A stretch of DNA of 64,000 nucleotides, taken from Spirochaetia bacterium. Lineage in GTDB: Bacteria; Spirochaetota; Spirochaetia; SZUA-6; Bin103. This document shows positions 36,578 through 45,039 of the stretch, in pieces (the first letter of the stretch is position 1; each line of letters starts with the position of its first letter). Location of the stretch: positions 3,136,001 to 3,200,000 of the forward strand of contig OZ241863.1 in the NCBI GenBank assembly GCA_965203055.1, in the 5' to 3' direction. The notes beneath the pieces are model-generated. The model had not been told where the DNA came from, did no database searches, and was given only the letters and a program-made list of their open reading frames with translations. The position numbers and the translations under genes were made by a program.

Positions 36578-38874
36578 GCCTCACGCCCGAACAACTGATC
36601 CTGCAGGTCAGGCAGCTCTGCGAACGGCGGCCCGACACGCGGGTGATCGGCATCCACGCGCCGCAGTGGCGCGGCGGCGCTTCGATCTCCACCGGCCAGG
36701 CCGCGTTCCGCGTCTCCTGGTGCGAATCGGCGCTGGCGGTGAGCGAGCAGCTTGCCGCGCTGGGCGACGGAGAACGGCTGGTGGTGCTGACGCCGCTCGA
36801 TGAGACCGAGCTGGGCGCCGACGTGCTGGCGCGCCTGGCGCGGCGGCGGTTGATCCACCCCGACCGGTGGCAGATGGTGGCCGACGCCTACGGCGTGGTC
36901 GAGGTCGATCCGCGGCTGCCGATGGAGTCGTGGATGGCCGAGGCGCTGCTCGCGGCGACGCCGTTCCGGCGCACCCTGCCGGCGAAGGTGCTGGATGCCG
37001 GCGCGGCGTGGCGGCAGGTGCTGGGACACGCGCTGGGTCTCGACGACGGCAGTCCCGATGCGGATGCCGTGGTCCGGTGGAGTGCGCGTGAGCAGCCGGA
37101 CGCCGCGGAGCGGTTCGCGGCGCTGCCGGCGCCGCTGGCGGAAGCGGTAGGGCAGCGGCTGGAACAGAGCGCCGGCGGCCTGGGCGCGCCGCTGGCCGCC
37201 GCCATCGCCGCCGGCAATGCCGGGGAGCTGCTGCCGATCGGCCTGGCTTGCGACCTGCTGTTCGGCGGGCCGGCGGAACCGGAGCTCACGCGGGCCGCGG
37301 TGCGACTGGAACCGCTGCTCGCCGGAGCGGGCGTCGAGCCGGCGCGCGGCCGCGAGTGGGCCGCGTGCGCCCGGCGCGCGCTGCGGTCGCTGCCGCCGCC
37401 GCAGCGCCGCGCATGGCTGGAACGCGGCGAACGGTTGCTGGCGCAGCTCAAGGTGGAGGCCTGGGCAGAACGCAGCGCGGTGCTGCCGGCCGGCCTGGCG
37501 GCGCGCCTCGACCGCTTCACCGGCGCCGCCGAGGCGGCGCTGGCCGACGCGGCGGCACTTGGCGCGGCCGAGCGCGCCTTCGACCGCGTGCGCGAGCACG
37601 ACGCCTGGGCCGAGCAGCCGGAGCGCGCCGACCGGCTGGAGATGGCGATGCGGCTGCTGCGCAGCCTCCACCGCCGGGACCGCGCCGCGGAGGCCGGCCC
37701 ATCCACTATCGCCGCCATGATGGAGGATCACGCCGCCGAGGGCGCGTTCGAGGATTGGGCCAGACGCCGGCTCCTGGGCGCGGATGAGCACGCCGGCATC
37801 GCGGCGCTGTATCGGGCGCTCTACCTCGCGGTGCGCGCCCGCCGGGAGCGGCGCAATCGGTCGTTCGCCGCCGGCGTGAGCGCCTGGGCGGCGGAGGAGG
37901 GCGCCGGCGCCGCGGGCGCTGATGTTCTTGCCATCGAGCACTGCCTGGCCCGGACCGTTGCGCCGCTGGCGCAGTCGCGTCCCGTGCTGGTGCTGGTGGT
38001 GGACGCGATGGACGGCGGCATCTTCGAGGAGCTGGGGGAGAGTCTGCGCGCGCTGGGCTGGCGCCGGCAGAGCGGCGCGCCGCGCACGGCGCTGGCGGTG
38101 TTGCCGGCCGTCACGCAGGCGTCGCGCATGACGCTGTTCGCCGGCGCGGTGCGGCAGGGCGGCGGCGCTCAGGAAAAGGCCGCGTTCGCCCGCCATCCCG
38201 AGCTGCTCGCCGCCTCGCAACGCGGCCGCCCGCCGCTGTTGTTCCACAAGGCCGACCTGCTCGACCACGCCGCGATGGGACTGGCGGCGGCGGTGCGCGA
38301 GGCGCTCGGCGACGGGCGCCGGAAGGTAGTCGGAGTAGTCCTCAACGCGGTGGATGACCACTTGGCCAAGTCCGAGCAACTGCAACTGGTCTGGCGCCCG
38401 GACCGCGTGCGGCTCCTGCCCGAGCTGCTGCACGAAGCGCACGCCGCCGGCAGAATAGTGGTGCTGACCTCCGACCACGGCCACGTGCTGGAGGAGGACG
38501 GCGTCAAGCTGCCCGGCGACCTCGAGGGCCGCTGGCGCGCTGCCGGCCGTCCGCCCGCCGACCTCGAAATCGAGCTCGCCGGCGAGCGCGTGCGCGCCGC
38601 CACCGGCCGCGCCGGGATCGTCGTCCCCTGGAGCGAAACCGTGCGCTACACCCAGCGCAAGAACGGCTATCACGGCGGCCTGACCCTGCAGGAAGCGGTC
38701 GTCCCGATCGGCATCTTCACCCCGCCGGGCGAGAACCTCAAAGCCCTGAAGCCGGCGGAATCGCCGTATCCTCCGTGGTGGCGCAGCGCGGCCTCCGAGT
38801 CGGAACCGCCCGCCCAACCGCCGCCCCCCGCCCCGCAACTCGACCTCTTCAATGCCGATGACCCCTCGCGCTGA
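36574..38874 (+). CDS. pglZ: BREX type 2 phosphatase PglZ (apparently lacking the C-terminal domain)
   Basis: LG.DVLARL, VLVVDAM, LPAVTQASR, FHKADL, NAVDDHL, TSDHGH, GYHGG...EAVVP; ends ...PQLDLFNADDPSR. Confidence 0.92.
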   Translation: MSLTPEQLILQVRQLCERRPDTRVIGIHAPQWRGGASISTGQAAFRVSWCESALAVSEQLAALGDGERLVVLTPLDETELGADVLARLARRRLIHPDRWQMVADAYGVVEVDPRLPMESWMAEALLAATPFRRTLPAKVLDAGAAWRQVLGHALGLDDGSPDADAVVRWSAREQPDAAERFAALPAPLAEAVGQRLEQSAGGLGAPLAAAIAAGNAGELLPIGLACDLLFGGPAEPELTRAAVRLEPLLAGAGVEPARGREWAACARRALRSLPPPQRRAWLERGERLLAQLKVEAWAERSAVLPAGLAARLDRFTGAAEAALADAAALGAAERAFDRVREHDAWAEQPERADRLEMAMRLLRSLHRRDRAAEAGPSTIAAMMEDHAAEGAFEDWARRRLLGADEHAGIAALYRALYLAVRARRERRNRSFAAGVSAWAAEEGAGAAGADVLAIEHCLARTVAPLAQSRPVLVLVVDAMDGGIFEELGESLRALGWRRQSGAPRTALAVLPAVTQASRMTLFAGAVRQGGGAQEKAAFARHPELLAASQRGRPPLLFHKADLLDHAAMGLAAAVREALGDGRRKVVGVVLNAVDDHLAKSEQLQLVWRPDRVRLLPELLHEAHAAGRIVVLTSDHGHVLEEDGVKLPGDLEGRWRAAGRPPADLEIELAGERVRAATGRAGIVVPWSETVRYTQRKNGYHGGLTLQEAVVPIGIFTPPGENLKALKPAESPYPPWWRSAASESEPPAQPPPPAPQLDLFNADDPSR

Positions 38875-38970
38875 CCCGGCCTCGCGCCGGCTCCACACGA
38901 AGCGCCACCGCCGCCGCCAAGTGCCGTACTGGCCAGACGCCCCCACGCCGCGGTATGATCGCGCAGCATC

Positions 38971-39570
38971 ATGGACGCCGAGCGGTCTGACATTCAGATT
39001 ATCACCATACCGGATTGGGACTTGCACGGCGTCGTGCCGCCGATCCGTCTAGCTGCACCTACGTCGCGCGACCGTTCTCCGTATTCAGTTTCGCTCATCG
39101 ATTTCATACTACGTTTCGGAACGACCGCGGCTCGTCGCGAAATCATATCAGGATTTCTCAACTACCGCGATGCGTTGCGAGGGGTCCGCATTGTCAGAGG
39201 CTATCAATGGATCGACGGCAGCTTCATCGAGGATATTGAGACGATCGAGTACCGCGCTCCACGCGATATTGACATCGTTACTCTTTTTCATCTTCCTGAA
39301 GGGGATACTCAGGAGACTCTATTGGAACGTATGCCTCGGCTATTCCGAGCGGAAGATACGAAGATAGATTATCGTGTAGACGCCCATTACGTACAATTGG
39401 ACACTGACACCCCGGAGTCTCTCGTCGATCAAATTACCTACTGGTATAGCTTATGGTCACATCGAAGGAGTGGCCGATGGAAAGGATACCTGAAGATAGG
39501 TCTCTCTACTGTCGAAGATCATGCTGCCAGAGCTAGTCTTGATGTGATGACACAGGGAGGTGATACTTGA
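38971..39570 (+). CDS. DUF6932-like Pol-beta-type nucleotidyltransferase-fold protein
   Basis: QWIDGSFIE...PRDIDIVT, VDAHYV, YWYSLWSH.R.G.WKG; TATGAT at 38954-38959 upstream; lower GC. Confidence 0.7.
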   Translation: MDAERSDIQIITIPDWDLHGVVPPIRLAAPTSRDRSPYSVSLIDFILRFGTTAARREIISGFLNYRDALRGVRIVRGYQWIDGSFIEDIETIEYRAPRDIDIVTLFHLPEGDTQETLLERMPRLFRAEDTKIDYRVDAHYVQLDTDTPESLVDQITYWYSLWSHRRSGRWKGYLKIGLSTVEDHAARASLDVMTQGGDT

Positions 39571-40490
39571 ACGCGCGCGAATACCATCAGCTTCAGGCGG
39601 AGGTCAGTACACTGCAAAGCATGATTGAGCGACTTCCGTCCCATCACGCAATCGAGCGGCTTAGTCTGGAATCTCGCAAGAGAGAAGTGGAGGGTGAGCT
39701 TTCATCAATGCCGGCACCCGGGCGAACCCCTGCCCGGGTACGCTTGACGTTCCGTGGAAAACCTGTCGCGGTGTCTCACGGGGTTCGTGCTGACTTCGGT
39801 GCGGCGGCCGTCAAGGCATTTTCCCACGTGGTAGCCACCGTCGGGGCCAGTCAACGTACATTACTCCGATCTCGCGGCGTGGTTCCTAATCGAGAAGACT
39901 ATGATCTGCTGATTACCGATACCGCTCTGGGGTCTTTTGGTTTCGAGTTGGAGGAGCACCACAGGGACGAACTCCTTCCGAGTCAGTATTCCGTCGAGGC
40001 CGCTATCGACCAAACTAAGTCGATCCTTGAAGCCACAGTTGGAACTGACGAAGTATTGGCGAACGCTATTTCGGGAACCGATCCTCGAGCGCTTAGCGCC
40101 GTGCGGGCCTTTCTGAAACTGATGGCGGACCAGGAGGCGGTGTGTGCAATCGAATTCAAGGATGATGTTTTCAGGTTCTTGGACGTGGGGCAGATCAGGC
40201 AGAGTGAAAGCCGCCTGAGAGAGGAAAACATCCGCGAAGAGGAGCGGACAATATCAGGGACATTCGCGGGAGTGTTGCCGGTTGCTCGTACGTTTGAGTT
40301 TCGAGACGGTGATACGGGAGAAGTGATTTCGGGCCGCGTGGGCCCTTCCATCGGGGATGCGTCGGCGATAAACGAGCATATCAACAGACCATTGATGATC
40401 CGCGTTCATTCGACGCGAATAGGAGCATCGAAACCCCGTTACGTGCTTGTGGAATACGATCCACCACGGAAAGATGAATCAGCTCACTAA
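39567..40490 (+). CDS. Hypothetical protein, coupled partner of the DUF6932-like gene
   Basis: TTG start overlapping the upstream stop with GGAGGT SD; N-terminal helical hairpin, GSFGFELEE, beta-rich C-terminus. Confidence 0.75.
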   Translation: MNAREYHQLQAEVSTLQSMIERLPSHHAIERLSLESRKREVEGELSSMPAPGRTPARVRLTFRGKPVAVSHGVRADFGAAAVKAFSHVVATVGASQRTLLRSRGVVPNREDYDLLITDTALGSFGFELEEHHRDELLPSQYSVEAAIDQTKSILEATVGTDEVLANAISGTDPRALSAVRAFLKLMADQEAVCAIEFKDDVFRFLDVGQIRQSESRLREENIREEERTISGTFAGVLPVARTFEFRDGDTGEVISGRVGPSIGDASAINEHINRPLMIRVHSTRIGASKPRYVLVEYDPPRKDESAH

Positions 40491-40578
40491 TTCACTCGGC
40501 AGATTGACCGGTTTACGAACGAACCCAAGATGGTAAAATGCGTTTTCAGAAGACCGAGAAATGCTTCGGAGGTCCTCG

Positions 40579-41748
40579 GTGCTCGCTCGGATTGACCTTT
40601 GCTACTTCAAGTGCTTCACGATGTTGAAGCTGCCGCTGCGGCCGCTGACGCTGCTTTCCGGCACCAACGCTTCCGGCAAGTCGTCGGTGATCCAGGCGCT
40701 GGCGCTCCTGCATCAGACGATGCGCGAACACGAATGGACTTCGCATTTCATGCTGAACGGGAGCGCTGTTCATCTGGGTACAACCGCAGATGTAGTCGAC
40801 CAGGTTCAAGGGCACCGGGCGTTTGGAATCTCGCTTCAGGAAGCTGATGGGTCGTACGTTGAGTGGGAAGCCGAGGGCGAGCGTACCGACATGGCCATGG
40901 CCGTGAAGCGCGTCCGCGCCGAATTCGCCTCCGGCTACGACTGCGATGCCGATGAATCGGAGCCGCTTCGCTTTCTGCTGCCTCGCAACGCGCTTGAGTC
41001 CAGGAAGGCGATGTTGTTGGCGCACCGCCTGCGTCAACTCACCTACCTTGCCGCCGACAGGATGGGGCCGCGCGAGACCTATCCGTTGGAGGATCCGCGG
41101 CACGAGCCGGTCGTCGGTCCACAGGGACTACACACCGCCAGCGTTCTCCTTAACGGAAGCGAAACGCAGGTGCTGAAGAAGCTGGCCACCGAGAGGGTGG
41201 CGCCAACCTTGCGACGTCAGGTTGAAGCGCGCATGCGGGGGTTCTTTCCCGGCTGCGAATTCGTCGTCGAGAAGGTGCCCAAGACGAACGCCGTGACGTT
41301 GCGATTCCGCACGTCCGGGAGCGTGGAGTTCCATCGTCCCGTCCATGCCGGCTTCGGGTTGATGAGGGTCCTTCCGGTCGTCGTGGCGGCGTTGTCGGCT
41401 GAGGAGGACCACCTGCTGGTGATCGAGACCCCCGAGGTCCATCTCCACCCGGCCGGTCAGGCGCACATGGGAGAATTTCTGGCGGAAGTCGCCGCCGCCG
41501 GCGTGCAGGTCATTCTCGAGACGCATAGCGACCACGTGTTGAACGGCATCCGACGCGCGGTCAAACGGAATGCGCTGTCTCCCGACGCCGCGGCCCTTCA
41601 TTTCTTCCGGCCGCGCGATGAGAAGGATGAGAACGCGGCACAGGTGCAGAGTCCGGTTCTGGACCGCGACGGCAACATCGATAGTTGGCCGGATGGGTTC
41701 TTCGATCAGTTCGACAAGGATATGAACCACTTCGCCGGCTGGAGTTGA
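40579..41748 (+). CDS. ABC-type ATPase with C-terminal DUF3696
   Basis: GGAGGT SD then GTG 40579; GTNASGKS, HAGFG, LVIETPEVHLHP, LETHSDH, terminal WPDGFFDQ. Confidence 0.9.
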   Translation: MLARIDLCYFKCFTMLKLPLRPLTLLSGTNASGKSSVIQALALLHQTMREHEWTSHFMLNGSAVHLGTTADVVDQVQGHRAFGISLQEADGSYVEWEAEGERTDMAMAVKRVRAEFASGYDCDADESEPLRFLLPRNALESRKAMLLAHRLRQLTYLAADRMGPRETYPLEDPRHEPVVGPQGLHTASVLLNGSETQVLKKLATERVAPTLRRQVEARMRGFFPGCEFVVEKVPKTNAVTLRFRTSGSVEFHRPVHAGFGLMRVLPVVVAALSAEEDHLLVIETPEVHLHPAGQAHMGEFLAEVAAAGVQVILETHSDHVLNGIRRAVKRNALSPDAAALHFFRPRDEKDENAAQVQSPVLDRDGNIDSWPDGFFDQFDKDMNHFAGWS

Positions 41749-41749
41749 A

Positions 41750-41884
41750 GTGGACATCCTCGCCAACGATCTGTCGATTCACGGACAGCTCCACGACATA
41801 CGGTCATTTCGACGATGCTTCGGCGCCGGTTGCTCGCGGGCGGGCGGTGAGCGACAGCCAGCGACAGGCGGCAGGGCGGATTGA
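41750..41884 (+). pseudogene. Truncated N-terminus of the usual DUF3696 partner gene
   Basis: GTG 1 nt after the ATPase stop: VDILANDLSIHGQLHDIRSFR, then unrelated GC-rich sequence and a stop after 44 codons. Confidence 0.5.
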
Positions 41885-41919
41885 CGGCGCGGCGCCTGAG
41901 CCGGTAGGGTGGGCGCGGC

Positions 41920-42714
41920 ATGGGGACGTTCGAGGAGGGGTTCGGCGCCGTGGAGGCGGCTGCCGGGCGCACGGCCGCGGAGGCGGCGGCATTGGCGAAG
42001 GCGGCGAAGCAACTCCTCAAGGCCGCTCAGGACGGTAATATCGGCCAGCTCCGGCGCCAGAGCATCCGCCTCACCGAGCTGCTCTCCTCGGTCACCGGCC
42101 ACGTCGAACGGGCCTCCGCCAGTTGGCCGTTCGACGTCGAGGATGAACGCGCCTATCTGGAGCAGCGCTTCGGCGCCGAGCTGCGCGCCGAAGCGGACCG
42201 CATCGGCCTGAACGTCACGCCCCGTGACGAGCGGCTGGTCTGCTCGCCGTCGATCATCCGGGTCAGCCCTGCCGACCGCGCCGTGACGATTGACGGCCGC
42301 AAGCGGAGCGCGATCCGCCCGTCAAAGCTCGCCGCCGACCTGCATGCGATCCAGCAGGCCGGTCCGCGCGGCAATCCGCAGCGCTTCCTGGAGGCGCTGC
42401 ACAAGGCCTACCGCATCCTGGCCCCGGCGCCGGCGGACTCCTTGATCCAAGGCGGGCAGGTGGTCGCCCTGGCCAAGGTCTACGCCCTGCTCACCACCTT
42501 GCCGGGGAGCGGCCGGCAGTACTCCAGGACCGACTTCGCGCGCGACCTCTACGTGCTCGACAGCTCGGCCGTGGACACCACCCGCTCCGGCGGCGCCCGG
42601 GTGAGCTTCCTCCACTCCACCGCCGCGCGCTCCGGCAAGGGAGCGTTTTCGTTCGCCGATCGGGCCGGCAACCTGATCACCTACTCCAGCATCCGGTTTA
42701 CGGAGGTCGGTTGA
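41920..42714 (+). CDS. Hypothetical protein (N-terminal coiled coil, possible C-terminal winged helix), first gene of the DUF2791 triad
   Basis: Host-like codon usage; Ala/Lys helical N-terminus; IRPS, VYALLT.LPG...YSRTDFARDLY.LD; stop overlaps the next start. Confidence 0.8.
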   Translation: MGTFEEGFGAVEAAAGRTAAEAAALAKAAKQLLKAAQDGNIGQLRRQSIRLTELLSSVTGHVERASASWPFDVEDERAYLEQRFGAELRAEADRIGLNVTPRDERLVCSPSIIRVSPADRAVTIDGRKRSAIRPSKLAADLHAIQQAGPRGNPQRFLEALHKAYRILAPAPADSLIQGGQVVALAKVYALLTTLPGSGRQYSRTDFARDLYVLDSSAVDTTRSGGARVSFLHSTAARSGKGAFSFADRAGNLITYSSIRFTEVG

Positions 42715-43670
42715 TGCACGCCGCCGAGTGGCTCGATCACCTCGACCGGGAGTACCTGGCCACGTTCATCGCCGACGGCGGAGCCGCCGTCAAGTTCGTC
42801 GTGACCGGCGCCCAGGGCCGCGCGGACCTGATCCGGCGCCTGGCTCACACCGGTGAGGAGCGCGGCTATCTGGTCCTGACCGCCGACGCCGCCGAACAGC
42901 GGTTCCACATGCCGCAGGACCTGTTCTTCGCCATGGCCGCCCAGGTCGACTGGCGCCGCGCCGCGCGCCGCTTCATCATCCGGCTGGCGCAGGACGAAGG
43001 ATTTTCTGTCGACGGCGTAGACGCCGCTCAGGAAGGGGTGATCCGGTCCATCGCCGACCGCGCCGGGACCGGGATCGACGCCGGGTTTCTGTTCACCAGC
43101 CTGGCGCCGGCGCTGCAGCGCCGCCTGTACTTCGACCGGAACATGTCCAAGGACTTCCGCGTCGCCATGACCCATCTCTGTCTGCATGAGCGCTCCCTCG
43201 ACCAGCCGTATCAGGGGCAGGCGATCATCGACTGGCTGACCGGCAGGAACACCCGCATGTCCAACGTCAAGCAGTATTCCATCTTCACTCCCGTCAACCG
43301 CACCACGGCGCGCCACCTGCTGCGCTCGGCCTTCTACTGGTTCCGCAGCGCCGGCTATACCGGGACGATAGTGCTGCTGGACAACGAACGGGTGACCAGA
43401 CGCCTGCGGCCTGAGGATGGGTCGCGGTACTATACGCGAGCAATGACGATCGACCACTACGAATTGCTCCGCGAGTTCGTCGACGGCGCCGACCGCCTGC
43501 CGGCGACGTTGCTGGTCGTCTGTTCCGGCAGCGACTTCCTGGACCAGGAGGCGGACCGGCAGTCGCGCGGCGTCGGCATCTATCCCGCCTTGCAGACCAG
43601 GATCATCGATGACGTCCGCGACCGCACGCGGCAGAACCCGGCCGCCGCGCTGTGCCGGCTGGCCGGCTGA
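42714..43670 (+). CDS. DUF2791/BrxD-like P-loop-fold protein with degenerate Walker motifs
   Basis: WLDHLDREYL, GGAAVKFVV (no GKT/S), IDWLTG, GY.G.IVLLD, YELLREFVD, GIYPALQTRI. Confidence 0.75.
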   Translation: MHAAEWLDHLDREYLATFIADGGAAVKFVVTGAQGRADLIRRLAHTGEERGYLVLTADAAEQRFHMPQDLFFAMAAQVDWRRAARRFIIRLAQDEGFSVDGVDAAQEGVIRSIADRAGTGIDAGFLFTSLAPALQRRLYFDRNMSKDFRVAMTHLCLHERSLDQPYQGQAIIDWLTGRNTRMSNVKQYSIFTPVNRTTARHLLRSAFYWFRSAGYTGTIVLLDNERVTRRLRPEDGSRYYTRAMTIDHYELLREFVDGADRLPATLLVVCSGSDFLDQEADRQSRGVGIYPALQTRIIDDVRDRTRQNPAAALCRLAG

Positions 43671-43677
43671 GGCCGCG

Positions 43678-44964
43678 ATGCCGGAGAACCTGGACCGACT
43701 GGCCTGCCGCAGGGCGATAGAGGCGCTGCGCAACGGCGTGCCCAACCGGGAGGCGGTGCGCATTCTGGGCAGCACGCAGCCGCACGCCGAACGGCGCTTC
43801 CAGAAGCTCCTGCGGCGGGTGGAGGAGGGGAATGGCGCGGCGGCCGGCCGCGGGCTGCTGATCTCGGGCGACTTCGGCACCGGCAAGTCGCACCTGCTGG
43901 AGCATTTCGAGCACTTGGCCCTGGAGCGAAACTTCGTCTGCAGCCGGGTGGCGGTCAGCAAGGAGACGCCGTTCCATGACTTGGCCAGGATGTTCCGGTC
44001 GGCGGTCGATCACGGCACGGTCCCCGGCGGAAAGGTCGGTCTGATGGTGGACGAAATCGGCCACGGGTTGGACCCGGACTCCGACCGCTACGCGCGCTTC
44101 TTCCGCTGGGCGAACGACGACGACAACGGCCTGCACCGTATCTTTCCGGCCACGCTGATGGTGCACGAACGGTTGGGGGAACAGGACACGCTCAGCGCCA
44201 TCCGCTGGTTCTGGTCGGGCGACAAGATCGCGGTTGGCGAGGTCAAGAAGGGGCTGCGCCAGATCGGGCAACAGCGGTCGTATACCTTCCGCGCGCCGAA
44301 GCTGAAGGAGCTGCCGCCGCAGCGCCTGCGCTTCGTCCTGGAGATGGTCAAGGCGGCCGGTTATCACGGATGGGTCGTGCTGATCGACGAGCTGGAGCTG
44401 GTCGGGAGTTACAGCGTGCTGCAGCGCGCCCGCTCCTACGCCGAACTGACCCGCTGGATGGGCGAGAAGCGCGGCGATTATCCCGGACTGGTGGTCGTGG
44501 CGGCGATCACGGAAGACTTTGCCCAGGCGATCCTGGAGCAGAAGAAGGACCGCGTGAAGGTGCCGGAACGGCTGCGCGCGCGCGGTGACCTCGACACCTT
44601 GCGGTGGGCGGAGGCGGGCATGAAGTGGCTCGACTCGCGCCGCACGGCGCTCCACGAAGTGAAGCCGCAGGAGGTGGAGGCCGCGGTGGAGACGATCCGG
44701 CGCATCTACGGTACGGCGTACGACTGGCCGGCCCCACCGGCCGCCCCAACCCCGCCGGACGCCGCCGGCTATCAGAAGCGGATGCGCTACAAGGTCCGCG
44801 CGGCGATCACCACCTGGGACCTGCAGCGCCTGCATCCCGAGGCCCAGCCCGAGCTGGAGAGCGAGGAATACCATTCCTCCTACGCCGAAGATCCCGACGT
44901 GGCGGCCGAAACCAAAGACAACGACGACGCACCTCCCGCCCCGGCGGACCCTGCCGACTCCTGA
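43678..44964 (+). CDS. DUF2791/BrxD-like ATP-binding protein
   Basis: RRAIEALRNGVP, Walker A GDFGTGKS, SKETP, Walker B VLIDELE; acidic tail. Start at ATG 43678. Confidence 0.88.
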   Translation: MPENLDRLACRRAIEALRNGVPNREAVRILGSTQPHAERRFQKLLRRVEEGNGAAAGRGLLISGDFGTGKSHLLEHFEHLALERNFVCSRVAVSKETPFHDLARMFRSAVDHGTVPGGKVGLMVDEIGHGLDPDSDRYARFFRWANDDDNGLHRIFPATLMVHERLGEQDTLSAIRWFWSGDKIAVGEVKKGLRQIGQQRSYTFRAPKLKELPPQRLRFVLEMVKAAGYHGWVVLIDELELVGSYSVLQRARSYAELTRWMGEKRGDYPGLVVVAAITEDFAQAILEQKKDRVKVPERLRARGDLDTLRWAEAGMKWLDSRRTALHEVKPQEVEAAVETIRRIYGTAYDWPAPPAAPTPPDAAGYQKRMRYKVRAAITTWDLQRLHPEAQPELESEEYHSSYAEDPDVAAETKDNDDAPPAPADPADS

Positions 44965-45039
44965 CGCCCCCCTGATCGGCTGACCCGCCCGCACCGGCCG
45001 CGGGCCGGCCGGTCACGCGCGCGGCGGCCGCCGCGGTGG

